Shown here piece after piece: positions 11,790 through 24,700 of a stretch of 64,000 nt of DNA. The DNA is from Azolla caroliniana. Lineage: Eukaryota > Plantae > Polypodiophyta. The notes below the pieces were generated by a model. It worked only from the letters and a program-made list of their open reading frames with translations. It was not told the origin of the DNA and ran no database searches. The position numbers and the translations under genes are program-made. The stretch covers positions 9,362,001 through 9,426,000 of the forward strand of contig JBHGNT010000010.1 of NCBI GenBank assembly GCA_043228905.1. Reading direction: 5' to 3'. Within the stretch, counting starts at the first letter, position 1, and every line of letters starts with the position of its first letter.

Positions 11790-12413
11790 TGTCAGGAACA
11801 GTACTAAGACAGAGAAGGAATTAGAACCTCCCCCTTGTTCGGCTATCTTTGGCTCTTTCTTGCGGTTACGGCCCCTGTTTCCTCCTATAGCTTCTTCAAC
11901 TGACCCGAAATTGAATTCTTCATCCGACTCGGCATCATGGTCACGTTCGCTCCTTTCATGCTCAGAATCTGTCAGGAATAGTACTAAGACAAAGACGTAT
12001 TGTCAAGAACAATACTAAGACAGAGAAGGAATTAGTATTAAGGGAGGTGTAGAACTCTCGAGAGAAGGAAAGAGAGAGGGAGAGAGAGAGAGAGAGAGAG
12101 ATTGAGAATGATGATAACAAAAGATATATATTATGTTAAGAGAATATACAATAGTAGCTAGTAGGCTTAAGACTGGCGTTGAACCGATTTGGTTCAAAAT
12201 AATGCCTTGTGCCTCCTTTTATAGTAGTGTTCTCAGGAGTACTCCTAAAGTTTCTAGAATGTTCCACCAGAGAAATCTGGAATATATATCAATTTTCTAT
12301 AGTAAAACTTAAATGAAAATAATATCCTTCATATTACAACATAAAGTCTAATGGTCAAGAGCTCGACCCATGTAACATAAGGTCATGGGTTCGAGTCTTG
12401 CCATATCATGACA
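11790..12413 (-). repeat. A 5' LTR (core 12001-12413) with two extra U5-end copies at 11790 and 11970
   Basis: TGTCA(G/A)GAA.A.TACTAAGACA occurs three times; (GA)n tract; TATA at 12217-12223; ends ...CATGACA at 12413. Confidence 0.85.
12344..12400 (+). promoter_or_regulatory. tRNA-like A-box/B-box module in A's U3, antisense to the element
   Basis: AAGTCTAATGGT (12344) and GGTTCGAGTCT (12388), 44 nt apart. Confidence 0.6.
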
Positions 12414-14977
12414 ACTGCGTTCCCGATCGATCAGGGTTGTGCATAAATTTGTTGATGACTCTTACTGCATGAGCAATGTCAGGCAGTGTTGTGACCATCG
12501 CATACATTAAGGAGCTGACTGCCGGTGCATATGGTACTGACTCATATCTTCCCCCTCTGAACCGAATGTCAAATAGTCCCTTTGAGAGAGTTGAAGGCTA
12601 ATGGGGTGCGGGGTCGAAGTAGATATGGCCGATTGTATGTTGAAGTGTTGTAGGATGTGTTTGATGTAGTCGACTTGAGACAAACAGTTGTCACTGAATC
12701 CAGAGCTGACTAATCTTCATTCTGAGTATGTGTCAAGCTAGACTTAGGTCCTTCATTGCAAACTTCAACCGCAGTTGATGAACGAGATCGGCGAGCTTTC
12801 CGAGATGCTGGCTGGAGAGTAGCATGTTGTCCACATAGAGGATGAGGAAGATGGGGAGACCCAACTTGAGTTGTTTTTGAAAAGAGGTAGCCGACCGATT
12901 GTATAAAATTGTCGAACTTCTTATACCACTGCTAGGGACCTTGCTTCAGGCTATAGAGACTCTTCTTGAGTCGGCAGACTAGATGTTCAACAAAGCCTTT
13001 CAGCGGTCACCGTGGAGGAATGTTGTCTTCGCGTCTAGCTGGATCAACTCCATGTTTTTGGTTGCCACTACGCGGAGTAGGAATCGAAGGGTGGTCATTG
13101 ACTGGTGAAAATATATCTTTGAAAACGACGCCATATTCCTATCCAAAACCCTTTGCTACTAATCTAGCCTTGAATTTGGGATTTGCCAAATCGAACATCT
13201 CTTTGCGTTGATAGAACCATTTTCAAGGAAGAGCATGTCTATTGTCGACAACTCAACTAAGTCCAATGTCTTGTTATGCCGAATGGAGTTCATTTCGAAC
13301 TCCATAGCTAGTTGCCAAGTGGTCCAATTGGTGCATGTCGATGCTTCTTCATATGATGTCAGCTCACTAGCGTCCGTGAAGAATAGTCCAAGAGAGTATC
13401 TCTCTAGTGGTTGAGATAGTCGTTCAGATCGTCTTGGGACAACTGGGCTCACCAGATCATCTTTGATGATCATCTCTTGCGTAGTTGATCCACTTTGTGG
13501 ATCACTACTTAGGCCACTTTCTAAGTCAGATTGTCCTAAAGAGGCGGCTTGCCATGTTGCCCCTCTAGTGTGGTGTGTTGGGCCATCAGGAGGAGTCAAA
13601 GAGTCCGAAAATGTGACTCTTCTGACTTTAATCGGCCTTTTGGCCAGATTGTACATCTCCGACTCCTTGAAAACTACGTCCAAACTTCGGATGACTTGTC
13701 TGTTTTCCGAATCCCAGAGTTGGTAGCCGAATTCGCCTTTGGATCCATAACCAAGCAAAATACATTTCCTGGGATCGTGGCTCAAGATTTCGGATCATCC
13801 TTTGACACAAGGGTGAATGCTTCACACCCAAATATCTGTAGCTTCTCATAATTTGGCGTCTGGCCGGTCCAAAGCTCCTACGGGATTTGAAGTCTTAGAG
13901 GCCTACTTGGTGAGATATTGATTATGTGCACGGAAGTGAGTAGCGCCTCTGCCCCGAAACCACTTGATAGTTTGGCATATTGCATCGTGGCGATAATTCG
14001 CTCCTGAATTGTCCAATTCATTCTTTCTGCAACCCTGTTTTGTTCAGGACTATATGGTGTCGTAAGCTCTAGTCGGATGTTGTGTTGTCGGTAGAAATTA
14101 ACAAACTTGTTCGACTTGAATTCTCCACTATTGTCCGATTGTAGGCATTTCAACTTCTGGCCGGATTGGTTTTCAACCTTTGCAAGCCATTATGAGAAGA
14201 TCGATAACACATGATTTTTCGTCCTTGTTGGATATGCCCATACCTTTCTAGTCGCGTCATTGATAAATGTGACGTAGTGTGGCATGTCGTCGAGAGACGG
14301 ATGTGGCATTGGACCATAGACATCCGAATGGACCGGGTTGAGCGGGCTCGACTCTCTCAAGTCTCTTGTCGGATGGGTGGCCGCAGTTTGTTTGCCATAT
14401 TGGCAGTGCTTATAGAACTTATGGTCGAAGAATGAGAGCTTGAGGATATAGCCAGCTCTAGATAGGAGCTTGATGCCCGCTTTGCTGAGGTGACCAAGTC
14501 GGCGATGCATAACAGCGACACAAGAATGTCTACCATGACATAGACTAGGTAAAGTGAATGTACTTTCTGTCCTCGAGCAAGGAGGAGGTTCCCCCTAAGG
14601 AGTGTCCACCCTCCTGATGAGAAGTCAACACGGATGCCATCTTCGTCTAATTTCCAATTGAGATCAATGGACTTGAGACCTCAACTACATGTTGGACATT
14701 GTGTAGTACAAGGTTAGAGCCACTAGGAAGGTTGAGCTCTATCGTGCCAATCCTGATTATTGCACAATGTTGTGAATTTCCGACTCGGACTGAGTCGGAA
14801 TGTCGTGCCAAATATTGCTAGAATTGCGATCAATGAGGTACAACACCCCCAAATCCAAGAGCCAAATGCTCGACTGCTCAGTCGTAAGCAGAACTTCTGA
14901 TTCGACTGTGTGTTCTATGTGTTGAGAACGCGGTCGTCTACGTGCGGAACAATCTCAGGACTCTTTTGTGAGGAGAT
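12414..14977 (-). mobile_element. N1: old Ty1/Copia internal remnant of the M family; host of A and N2
   Basis: Degenerate PR, GAG-pre-IN (HRRLGHLSKAG), IN and RT fragments homologous to ORF 59297-63313. Confidence 0.88.
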
Positions 14978-15237
14978 TGTTAATAGATGCAATGAAGAAG
15001 ATTGATGGGAACTAGAGACAAAATCAATCAGGAACATCAACAAGACCTCAAGAGAGAGAGACATTAGGCACAAGATGAACTATATTTGCAACTACTACAA
15101 AACTAGGCTACATAGTCATTTTATATACTGACTAACTTAGGGCAATTGCCCTTCTCACTATTTACATAAATAGCCTAAACCTAGTGTGTACAAAGGAAGA
15201 CAACGTGAATACGTCCATTAGAGACCCACATTAAACA
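14978..15237 (-). repeat. N2 3' LTR (~260 bp)
   Basis: TGTTAAT...TTAAACA; shares ACTTAGGGCAA and TGAATACGTCCATTA with the M LTR; no partner LTR in the window. Confidence 0.7.
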
Positions 15238-17141
15238 CTCCCTCGTAATGGGCGTATACATCGAAAATCTTTAAATCAAAATAAATGTATACTACAAATT
15301 GATACCAAGTTTTCAAACAAATTGGATTTTAGTTCAAGTCGGTAAACTCCGAAAAACAGAAGGCCGTATTGTCCAAAGTCAGAGGAACTGAGGCCGAACT
15401 TCGAACTGTCGAGGATGATTGTTTACCATTACGAATGTCCAACTCAATTAGACCGATTATTCATTATGCCCATCTGGTGCAGTAGGGATCGAAATCGATC
15501 CGCCGAAAGACAGTTGGTCATTCCATCCGCGACATTATCGGTTGTAGATATCTTCTCGAGGTCGATTTTCCCTCAAATGATGCAGTCCCGAACAAAGTGA
15601 TATCGAATGTTGATATGCTTCGAGGCTTGTGTTGGACCGGATTTTTTGAAAGAGCGACGACGCTCTGATTGTCGTTATAGACAAGTAGAGCCAAGTCGGA
15701 TTCGACCTGTCGAAATGTGTGCGCTAGTCGACCAAGCCATAGAACCTCTTTCACCGCATTAGACACAGCTACATATTCGGCCTCAGTTGCTGATGTGGCA
15801 GTGCAGTCCTAGAGTTTCGACTTCCACGAGATTGCTCCATTACCGAATTTGAAGCAGTATCAGGTTGTCGATTTTCGGTTGTCCACACAGCCAGCAAAAT
15901 CTGAGTCGGTGTAACCGACTACGCTTGAACTTTTGTTCCGGCCAAAAAGAATGCCATAGTCTTTTGTGCCCACTAGATATCTGAACACATGCTTCACTGC
16001 ATTCTACTGCAATCGGCCAGGGTTGTGAATAAATCTGCTGACGACTCCTACGGCGTGAGTAGTGTCAAGCCATCTCACGACCATTGCATATATCAAAGAG
16101 CCGACTACCGGTGCATACGGTACTGACTTCATAATTCCCCCCTTTGAACTAGATGTCGAGCAGTCTCGTTGAGACAGTCGGGTGCTAATGGGAAGCGGGG
16201 TCGAAGCAAATTTTTCCAATTACATGTGTAAGCGTTCTAAGACACGTCCAATGTAGTCAGATTGAGACAAGAACAACTGTCTTCCATTTTCATTGCGACT
16301 AATCATCATGCTAAGAATGTGTCTAGTTGGACCGAGGTCCATGGCAAACTTCAACCGCAATTGCTGAACTAGTTCGGCAAGCACTCTGGCTTGCCGACCG
16401 GAGATTAGTAGGTCGTCCATGTAGATGATGAGGAAGATGGGTGGCCCATCTCGAGCTATTATCATAAAGAGACAATGGTCCTATCGCTCTTCGAGAAGAA
16501 GACCGACTGAATGAAGTCGTCGAACTTCTTATACCATTGTCATGGTGCTTGTTTTGGGCTATATAGACTCTTCTTGAGTCGGCAGACTAGATGTTGTTGG
16601 CTGGGTTTAACAAGGCCTTTCGACTGCTCCATATAAATTTCCTCCTCTAGATCACCATGGAGGAATGTCATTTTGACATCTACTTGAATCATCTCCAAGT
16701 CCTCGGCTGCCACACACCGAGCATTAATTTGAGGGTTTTCATTTTCACCACTAATGATAAGATTTCATCGAAATTGATGCCATATTCCTATCCAAAACCC
16801 TTAGATAGTAGTCTAGCCTTGAATTTTTGGGTGGCCGAATCAGACGTCTCCTTGACTCGATAAACCCACTTGCACGAAAGACCTCGTCAATTCTTCGAGA
16901 GCTCGACCAAGTTCCAAGTTTGGTTTGCTCGAATGGAGTTCATCTCGAACTCCATTGCCAGATGTCGATTCTTCTTCGTATGACGTCAGTTCTTTGGCGT
17001 CTGTAAAGAAGATTCCATGAGAGTATCTCTCAAGGGGCTACGACGGTCTCTTGGATCTTCGAGGTATGACTGGACTAGTCGCATCGGGTGTCGAAGTCAG
17101 ATGATCAAGAGTCGAACCATTCGGTTGTTCCGAGTCAAGCG
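14978..17141 (-). mobile_element. N2: 3' part of a second M-family Copia (3' LTR, RNase H, RT), cut by C
   Basis: RT and RNase H fragments; PPT remnant at 15238-15246 next to the LTR. Confidence 0.85.
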
Positions 17142-17584
17142 TGTTACTGGTTAGGAACACAAACCACCCTTTGGGGTAGCTTACAAGGTGGTCGTGGTGC
17201 AAGGGAATAGGGATGCGTAGTGCGTGATTTGTAGGGCGTAAGGGGAAGACGGTTACAACCTAACCTCCATAGGGGCGTAGCACCCAACGCATACTTACCT
17301 TGTGTTTACTGCAGCACAATCTTGTACAGAGAACGAGACACGGAAACAAGAGACCAATAGACCAATAAACTGAACACCAAGATCAGAGAAGATAAACTAT
17401 ATTAAAACGACACTCTCATGATATGCCAGCCCTTTACAATGGTCTCTCGCCCTTTATATATACAGGCCTTCTAATCAGTTACACTCCCTGCGTACAACCG
17501 TTACACGCGTTACTTTAACGCTCCTAATATAATACTCTATTCCCCATGCGTTATGTCCGGCTGTTACAATTCCAGTGGACAACA
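17142..17584 (-). repeat. C 3' LTR (~443 bp)
   Basis: Element-sense TGTTGTCC...GTAACA; termini match the TSD-defined LTR of J. Confidence 0.8.
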
Positions 17585-17599
17585 CCTGACACGCCTGTG

Positions 17600-19915
17600 G
17601 GACAGTGCCATGGCACGTCGAACCCATCCACTTCCTATTCGTCGCCCAAAATGTTGAGGATGTTCGGCTCCATTCGTTCGTCATGCACCAGAGGCGGCGT
17701 GATGTCCCTAGGTGCTTCATTGGTACGCTTGGCCAGTGCGTTGGTTTCTGTGTTGTCCTCATCACACGGCTCCGTTCATTCGCCATGCACCGGAGATGAC
17801 ATGATGTTCGTAGGTGCTTCGTTGTTTGGCTTGGTTGGCGCGTCAGTCTCCACATTGACTTCTTCACGCGGCATCGTCGTGATGGGCTCGGTTGGTACAC
17901 TGTCCGGGACATTTCCTTGTTGCTTCGGCGACGGCTCTTCCTAGCGTGGGCAGGCGTCCGCGCATTGCTCCACCCCGCTCTAACGTCCGCGGGGTTGATT
18001 GGTGTAGTTCTTTCCTCAGACGCGTCATTTGGCTTAGGTTGGGGCTCGTTTTGTCTAGCAGAGTCGTTGTCTGGTACTGTTATTGCATCCGCCCTTTGGC
18101 TCTTGCTGTTGAGCTCCATTAGCTGGTGGAAGATGTCTTCCTAACTTTCCCCAAAATCTTCTAGCAATTATGTGAGTTCTTCGGAGTGCTGGTCAGCGAG
18201 CGTTTGATAATCTTGCTCAAGGTCCTCTCGTACCACCGCAATGCTCTCCTCATTTAGTTTGTACAAGCCACTGCCATCTTTGCGGCGGTTCTCCCAGTTC
18301 GCTCGGTAGGTGTGCAATTCCGTTGCTTGCGTAGTCCACGCCGCCCATCCTTTGTCCAACGTTGCGTTCAACTACATTGTAAACCGTGAGCTTATCCTCA
18401 AGTGCTTTGGCCGCACTTCTTCCTTTGGCCCTTATATCCACTTCTCTGCTTGATGACTGGTGGAGTTCTATGCGGAGTCTGTCGATCTTAGTCTTGGCTA
18501 ACTGCGTAGCCCTTTTCGCTTTTGCAGCTATGGCAGTTTGAGCTTCAACCTCGTCCCGTAAAGTGTTCAACTTAATATGTTGCACCGTAGTCATGTTGCT
18601 TTCTAATTGCGCAATGCACTCTTGTGCCTTCTAAAGTTGGTCTTGGGTCAACTTGACTTTCTTCTAGAAATTTTTATTTTTAATAGCCACATACTTGGCA
18701 CCCACACTAACTCTTGCCAATTCTCTATGCACCTCGACCAAAACCGCATTTAATGGAGGTAATTTGATGCCCATACGGCGAATTCCCACACTCCCTACCT
18801 ACCTTGGAAAGGGGGCCCTCGTCTTTGCTTTCCGCCGTGCTTGTCAGTGCACGCTCAATCATTTGTTGTTCAGCATGCTCCTCGGCCATTCTCTAGGACA
18901 CCTTGATTTGCTGGGTCGCCAAGAATTCCATGAGTTCGTATGTCACTCCAAACTGCAATAGTGCGCCGAACTCATGGGCCGTATCCAGAATGTCCGGATA
19001 TTTCAGAACTTCACTTTCTGTTGTGAGCACTTCTTTGCCACATTGAAACTGAATCGTAATGATTGGTTGTGTCTCACAAAGTATCTCGAATGTGGTTGCG
19101 GGCTTTGTGGGGGCGGAAGTTTCAACTGGTGCGACTGTATCTTTTATCAGTCCGCGCCCATCCTTCCGATCAAGCCTACGACATTTAGGCTTTGGGCTTC
19201 CGCAGTTCTGTTCCGGTTCCTGATCACCCATTGTTGTTGGTACTTCGACGGTCTCTACTGGTTGTTCCGGCTACGTTGGTTCCATGACGAAGTGGGAAGG
19301 TTGTGGTTCTTCTTCCCATTTCGTGGTTGCCAATTCCGCTAGCCAACGTTTTGCAGATCATGGCGGGGGCGTAGGTTTGCTAGTCGGCGGGGCGGGGAGT
19401 CCGCGCGGTGGAAACAATATCGTAAGGTACTATTGAATGATCGGCCTTAGCTTTTTTTCGGCTTGGTATGCGTGAAGTCCCTCTTGTAGCGTTGGTCCCG
19501 TAATTACTCCCCAATCTACTACGCGACCTTCGAATGCGTCGATGATAATGCCTGCCTTTTGTTTTGGCATTCCGTAGGCGTTAACATGTACACATCCGAC
19601 TTCCAGTAGGAACTTTGCAATCTCCAAAAAAAATGGATTCGGGATTTTCTTTGTTCTGTATGCCTTGGCAAATGTCGAATATTATCCAAAATTCTACTCC
19701 AGTTTGTTGGATGGAGGAATTTCGAAGTGCTTCTCGCCCGTTGTAGACAGACACAACTTCTTCCGGATACTAGCATTCGTCACCGTGTCGATGTTGAGCT
19801 TCCTAGCGATGTCTTGCGCATCGGGGTGCGGTGATACTTCTGCTACCCAGATGTACCCCTCAAACCCCTTTTCCAGGAGCCACCTGCGCAAGGCTGCCGA
19901 GATGGTGATCGGCAT
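17600..19915 (-). pseudogene. C additional sense ORF between integrase and the 3' LTR (~770 codons, disrupted), function unknown
   Basis: Same-frame pieces 19694-19915, 19430-19627 and 18893-19231, then coiled-coil-like pieces 18250-18594, 18168-18371 and 17475-18119. Confidence 0.65.
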
Positions 19916-19994
19916 CGTGGGTGGCTAGGGTTTGTGCAGAGAGTGTTGAACGGGTGAAGCATGTGAGCTGCGTTGTGCGTGGTGCCTACGGTAT

Positions 19995-21069
19995 GTTTGA
20001 AAGACCAGTACGGCTTTCCCAATCTTGAAGTCTTTGTCTCGTGTGCCCCGATGTCGATCTACGAACGCCTTACGCCGACGCTGCTCTTGTCCCAATATGG
20101 CCATGCTGCGGACCCGAGCTTCACCTAGTTCGAGAAGTTGTTGCCATCGTATCTGTTCGAACTGGCCTTCCGCCAGTCTGTCGCGTACTTGAATCCACAA
20201 ACTGGGTACCTAGAATTCGATGGGCATTACGACCTCTAACCCAAACGCTAACCGGAAAGGCATGGACTGTATACTCGTTTTGTAACTCGTTCGGTACACC
20301 CACAAGGCGATGTACAGCTTTGTGTCCCAGATTGTTCTATTCTCATTCACTATCTTTTTCAGGATAATGTGTAGTGTCTTGTTCGTGGATTCTGCTAACC
20401 CATTTGCCTATGGGTAATATGGCGTACTCTTCTTGTGTACTATGGCGTAATGGTGCGTGAGTTCGTGGATGACCGAATTCAAGAAATGGCTCCCTTGGTC
20501 GCTTATGAGCTCTATTAGGCAACCAAAATGGCACCAGATGTGTTCATAAAGGAATCTTGTCATGGATGTCATAGTATTGTCTCGTAACGGTTTGGTTTCT
20601 ACCCACTTTGTGCAATAATCTGTGGCCACAAAAATGTATTTGTTGCCTGTCCGTGTTGTTGGCGGCATAAAGGGACCGACAAAATCGAGACCCCATTTTT
20701 GGAACGGGTCAAGCGGGAGTACTAGTTGGTGAGGCATTCTTGTGAGCGTTGCCCCAAGCGTTGACATAGATCACATTGTTTACAGTATTGATACGCATCC
20801 TTTTGTGTAGCTGGCCACCAGAGACCCACTTGGCATACTTTTCTAGTCGTGACATCACCCGCATAATGTCCTCCGGCCGTACTACAATGAGCTTCGCGTA
20901 GTACGGCTTCCTTCTCATCCTGCGGTATTCCACGCCGCCAAAGGCCATCGTTGCCTTTATGGTAGAGTACGCCTTCGACTAGACAGAAGTTACGACTCCG
21001 GACTGCCAATCGTTTCTTTTCGTCCGTCCGTAGCTGTGGTGGTGGCAGCCCCGTGGTCAAAAAGTACGT
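19995..21069 (-). pseudogene. C integrase remnant
   Basis: H..GGHY..C..C zinc finger, YIFVATDYCTKW, ISDQGSHF. Confidence 0.9.
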
Positions 21070-21717
21070 TGTCGAGGTATTCCTCGCGGATGCATGGAAT
21101 GAGGCGGGGCCTCGGGGGTCTTGTACCGAAGAGCAAGAGACAAAGGAGAAGGGAAGGGACCCACTACGTGTGGGAGTAGATTCACAGGGACACGGCCCTT
21201 CGACACAAAGACGCGAGTGGGACACCGACGCAGAGAGACACGAATGTATGTATATATATATTAACAAGGACAAACAATAAGAAGCACGAAGTCGGTTACA
21301 ACCGAACAGGCCGGCGAACAGATGTCGATGCCTGTTCGTAAACGCTCAGAAAGAAAGGAGTAGGTGGGAGGTGCTGCCGGAAGCACTCGGGCATTCCTCA
21401 GAGCAGCGCGAGCCTCCCCGAAACCCTGCACAGAAAGAAGCTACGGAGTATGGAAGAGAGAGAAGCCTTCGGTCCACAACCCGACAGCACTTCGTCCTCT
21501 CTCCGCGCGATTCCCTTTTCCTCCTCCTCGTCTCCCTCCTTTTATAGGCAAGAAGGGAGTCGTTTCCCATTAACTTCCTATCTACCGAATCTACCTACCT
21601 AGGATCTTCCATGTCCCTAATTCTCTCTTATGTACAACATAAGGCGTACGTGCATGGAGGGCCGGTTCCCATGCTTCGGTGCACCGATTCCTCTTGTGGA
21701 CGGTTTTCTTCACGACA
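21070..21717 (-). repeat. D 3' LTR
   Basis: Repeat of 27444-28091; preceded in element sense by PPT AGGTGGGGGCGGA. Confidence 0.95.
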
Positions 21718-21790
21718 TCCGCCCCCACCTAACCGCGCATCCACCAGCATGCGCCAAATTGAGTTGGGACGGAGAAAACCGGTCCAGCCT

Positions 21791-24700
21791 TCATTCCCCG
21801 CCCGTCGGTTCTTCCTCGGTTTTGGATCGTTCGTCGTCGTGGTCCAGGTTAACCGGATCCGGCCCGTCGTCGTGATGCTTCTTGAACGCTTTGATCCGCT
21901 TCCCAGCTACCGGTATCGCCATTCTCGTGCCGTCGAGCTCCGCCAGATGGTACGTCCCGTTGTCGTTGGCGCTTGGTACCACGTAAGGCCCGAACCACCT
22001 TCTTGCGAACTTCCGTGTCGCTCGGTGCTGGTTGTCGAGGCTGCTATCGTAGACTAGCACCCAGTCGCCTTCCTCGATCTTCTTTGGTCGGAGCCGGTGC
22101 GTTCGGTCGAACCGGGCTTTGTTCCTCGTCCTTGCCACCCGAAGCTTTCCCGCAGCCTGCTCCACGTCCTCTGGTCTTCGCTCGAGTTGTCGTATGCGCG
22201 CCGCCAACAATTCCTCCCGGTTCATCTCGTCTTTCCAGTCTACGGTTGCCCATGAGGAGATCGTACGTTCCATCGGCATGATCGGCTTCTGCCCAAACAT
22301 GAGCTCTGCCGGCATGAATCCGGTTACCGAACTGTGCGTAGTTCGGTCCGCCCACAACGCGTAAGGCAACAGCCGCGGCCAGTTCCCGACTTGACCTCCG
22401 CATGCCCGAACTAACGCCTTGACGATCGGTCCGTGTCCGCACTCCACCTTCCCATTCGCCTCCGGATTGTACACAGTGGTAAGCAAGAGCTTGACTCCTA
22501 GCCGGTCGAACAGCTCCTCGGCCTCTTCGGCGTCCAACTCCCCGCGATCAGCCATGATCTTCCCGACGCACCCGTACCGGCATATCACGTCCTCGATCAG
22601 GAACCGACATACGACCGCGGTCGTTTTGTTCTAAAGGGCTCGGCCTTCCACCTGGTTCGTCAGATCTTCCCGAGCCAGGACCAGATACCGCATCTGTCCT
22701 ACTCCCATCGGCATCGTCACCAGATCTACCATCCATTTGAAGTGGATGGTCGGAGGGTACGCAGGGTGAAGCTCATCCCGATGTAGGACTATGGAGTGCA
22801 TCTGACAGCTCTCGCAAGTTGTCACGAACCGATGCACGTCCCGGTACAACCCCGGCCACCAGTACTTCCCCTTTATCTTCTCGAACGTGGCCCACGTTCC
22901 ACGGTGTCCAGCCCAAGGGCTGTCGTGGTAGGCCGTCAGCAGCTCCTCCCGTTCTTCCTTCATCGCCACCACCCGGAGCGGGACGCCGTTCCTCTTCTTC
23001 GGGTGCTTCCATAAGTATCCGTCCCGGAGAAAGAATCAGTATGCTTTCTTCCGGATCCGGTTGGCCTCGTCCCTCGTCCACGACGCATCCAGCGTCATTG
23101 TCCTCAAGAAACCACCTATCTGGAGCTACTCGCCATCGTACTTGCTCTCGTCGAAGCCGTTAAGCGCCGGAGTGCTCGTCCCAACGGTCGTCACGTACGC
23201 TGCCTCGAAGAAGTCCACGCCGACTTCTTCGTCCTCCGAAACCATGCCGCCCTCGTCATCAAACCTCGCCCTCGAAAGCATGTCGACCATGGTGTTGTCC
23301 TTTCCGGAAATGTGTCGTATTTCCGGGTCCAGGGATTTGATGTATGCTATCCACCTGAGCATCGCCAGGTCCGGTGTCGAGCATCCGAAAACCATGCCGA
23401 GAATTGGGAGGCAATCCGTCTCGATAATCACTTCTGTCCCAATCAGGTAGTCTTTGTCGGCCTTTACTGCCGAAACGATACCCCAGAGTTCGCGTTTAAC
23501 CTGGGCATACCCTTGTTGTCGCTCACTGAGGACCTTCGCGCCAAATCGGATCGGGAACCGAATGCCGTCCTCGTCTTCTTGGTTGACGACCCATCCGATC
23601 CCGGTTGGACTCGTATCCACCGTTACGTATACCGGGGTACCCTTCTCATAGACAGCCTTCCGGAGCGCCTGTGCTGCCGCAAGAGCTTCCTTTAGCTTCC
23701 GGACCGACTCCATGTGCTCGTCTCGCCACTCGAATTTTCGCCCTTTCTTCAGCAACCCGTATAGCGGCTCCGCAACGTGGGCGTAATGCGGGATCCATAT
23801 GTGGTAGAATGTGCACACCCCCAAGAACCTCCGAACTTCCGTAACAGAGATACAGTCGGTCTTCATCGCGGAGATGGCTTCTACTTTTGCCGGAGACGGC
23901 TTCCGGCCATATGGTCCACATAGGTGTCCGACCACCAGGATTTCTGATTGCCCGAAGGCCGATTTCTCCCTGGAGAAGGTGAGCCTCGCACCCTCTAACC
24001 TTTGTAGCACCCTTTCGCAGTCGTCGATATGTGTTGCCACGAATCACCGGCATCCGTCCGGCCCGAGTGTCTCGTCTTTCTCTTCCACTGGGCACCCCTT
24101 TATCGGGATATCGTCTAGAAACGGCATGGTGATGTCCGAGATGCAATCCCTCAGTACTTTGTTCATTGCATTCACCATGTGGGCCACCGAGTTGGTCCCT
24201 CCTTGTGGCAGGGTACACATTCGCACTAGGCCGAGGGGAGTTCGCATCGTCATAATATCTCTGCTCTCCACGGCTAGCTGGAACTGGTCGTACCCCGAGT
24301 ACAGATCACCGACCGAGTAAATCGACCTTCCGGCGAAGGCCTCCGCGAACTCGTCTATGGTCGGTCCGATTCCTGCATTCCGAATGGTCACTCTGTTGAC
24401 CGGCTGCAGGTCTTGAATGAAGCGCAATGTTCCGTTTTTCTTTGGTACGGTAAACCATCGGTTCGAGTATGGGGCACTCGACCGTTCGAGAATGCCCATA
24501 TCGACTTTCTGCCTCAATAGCTCCATCAACTTCGGGATGTGAGCTCTCGGTACTGGAATCGGCTTGAGATTCCACGGCACATGCGGTACCGTGAATATCA
24601 CCATCGGCTCCAGATTGTCGAGTCCACGCACCCGATCTCTTCCGATGAGAATGTGAAGGCTTTCCCGTGCCTTCCGAGCATTCTCCGAAATCGGTCTTCC

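Larger units (their letters stand above)
1..12413 (-). mobile_element. Element A: degenerate Ty3/Gypsy chromovirus (Tf1/Tcn1-like); 3' end lies outside the window; split by element B
   Basis: Minus-strand Gag (CLYCGGLGHIATNC), PR (LLDSGA), RT ([13 protein letters not shown]), RNase H (NYEIHDKELL), IN (WQSIALDFITDLP) and chromodomain (EYEVATIL); LTR ends TG..CA at 12413 and 11790. Confidence 0.93.
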
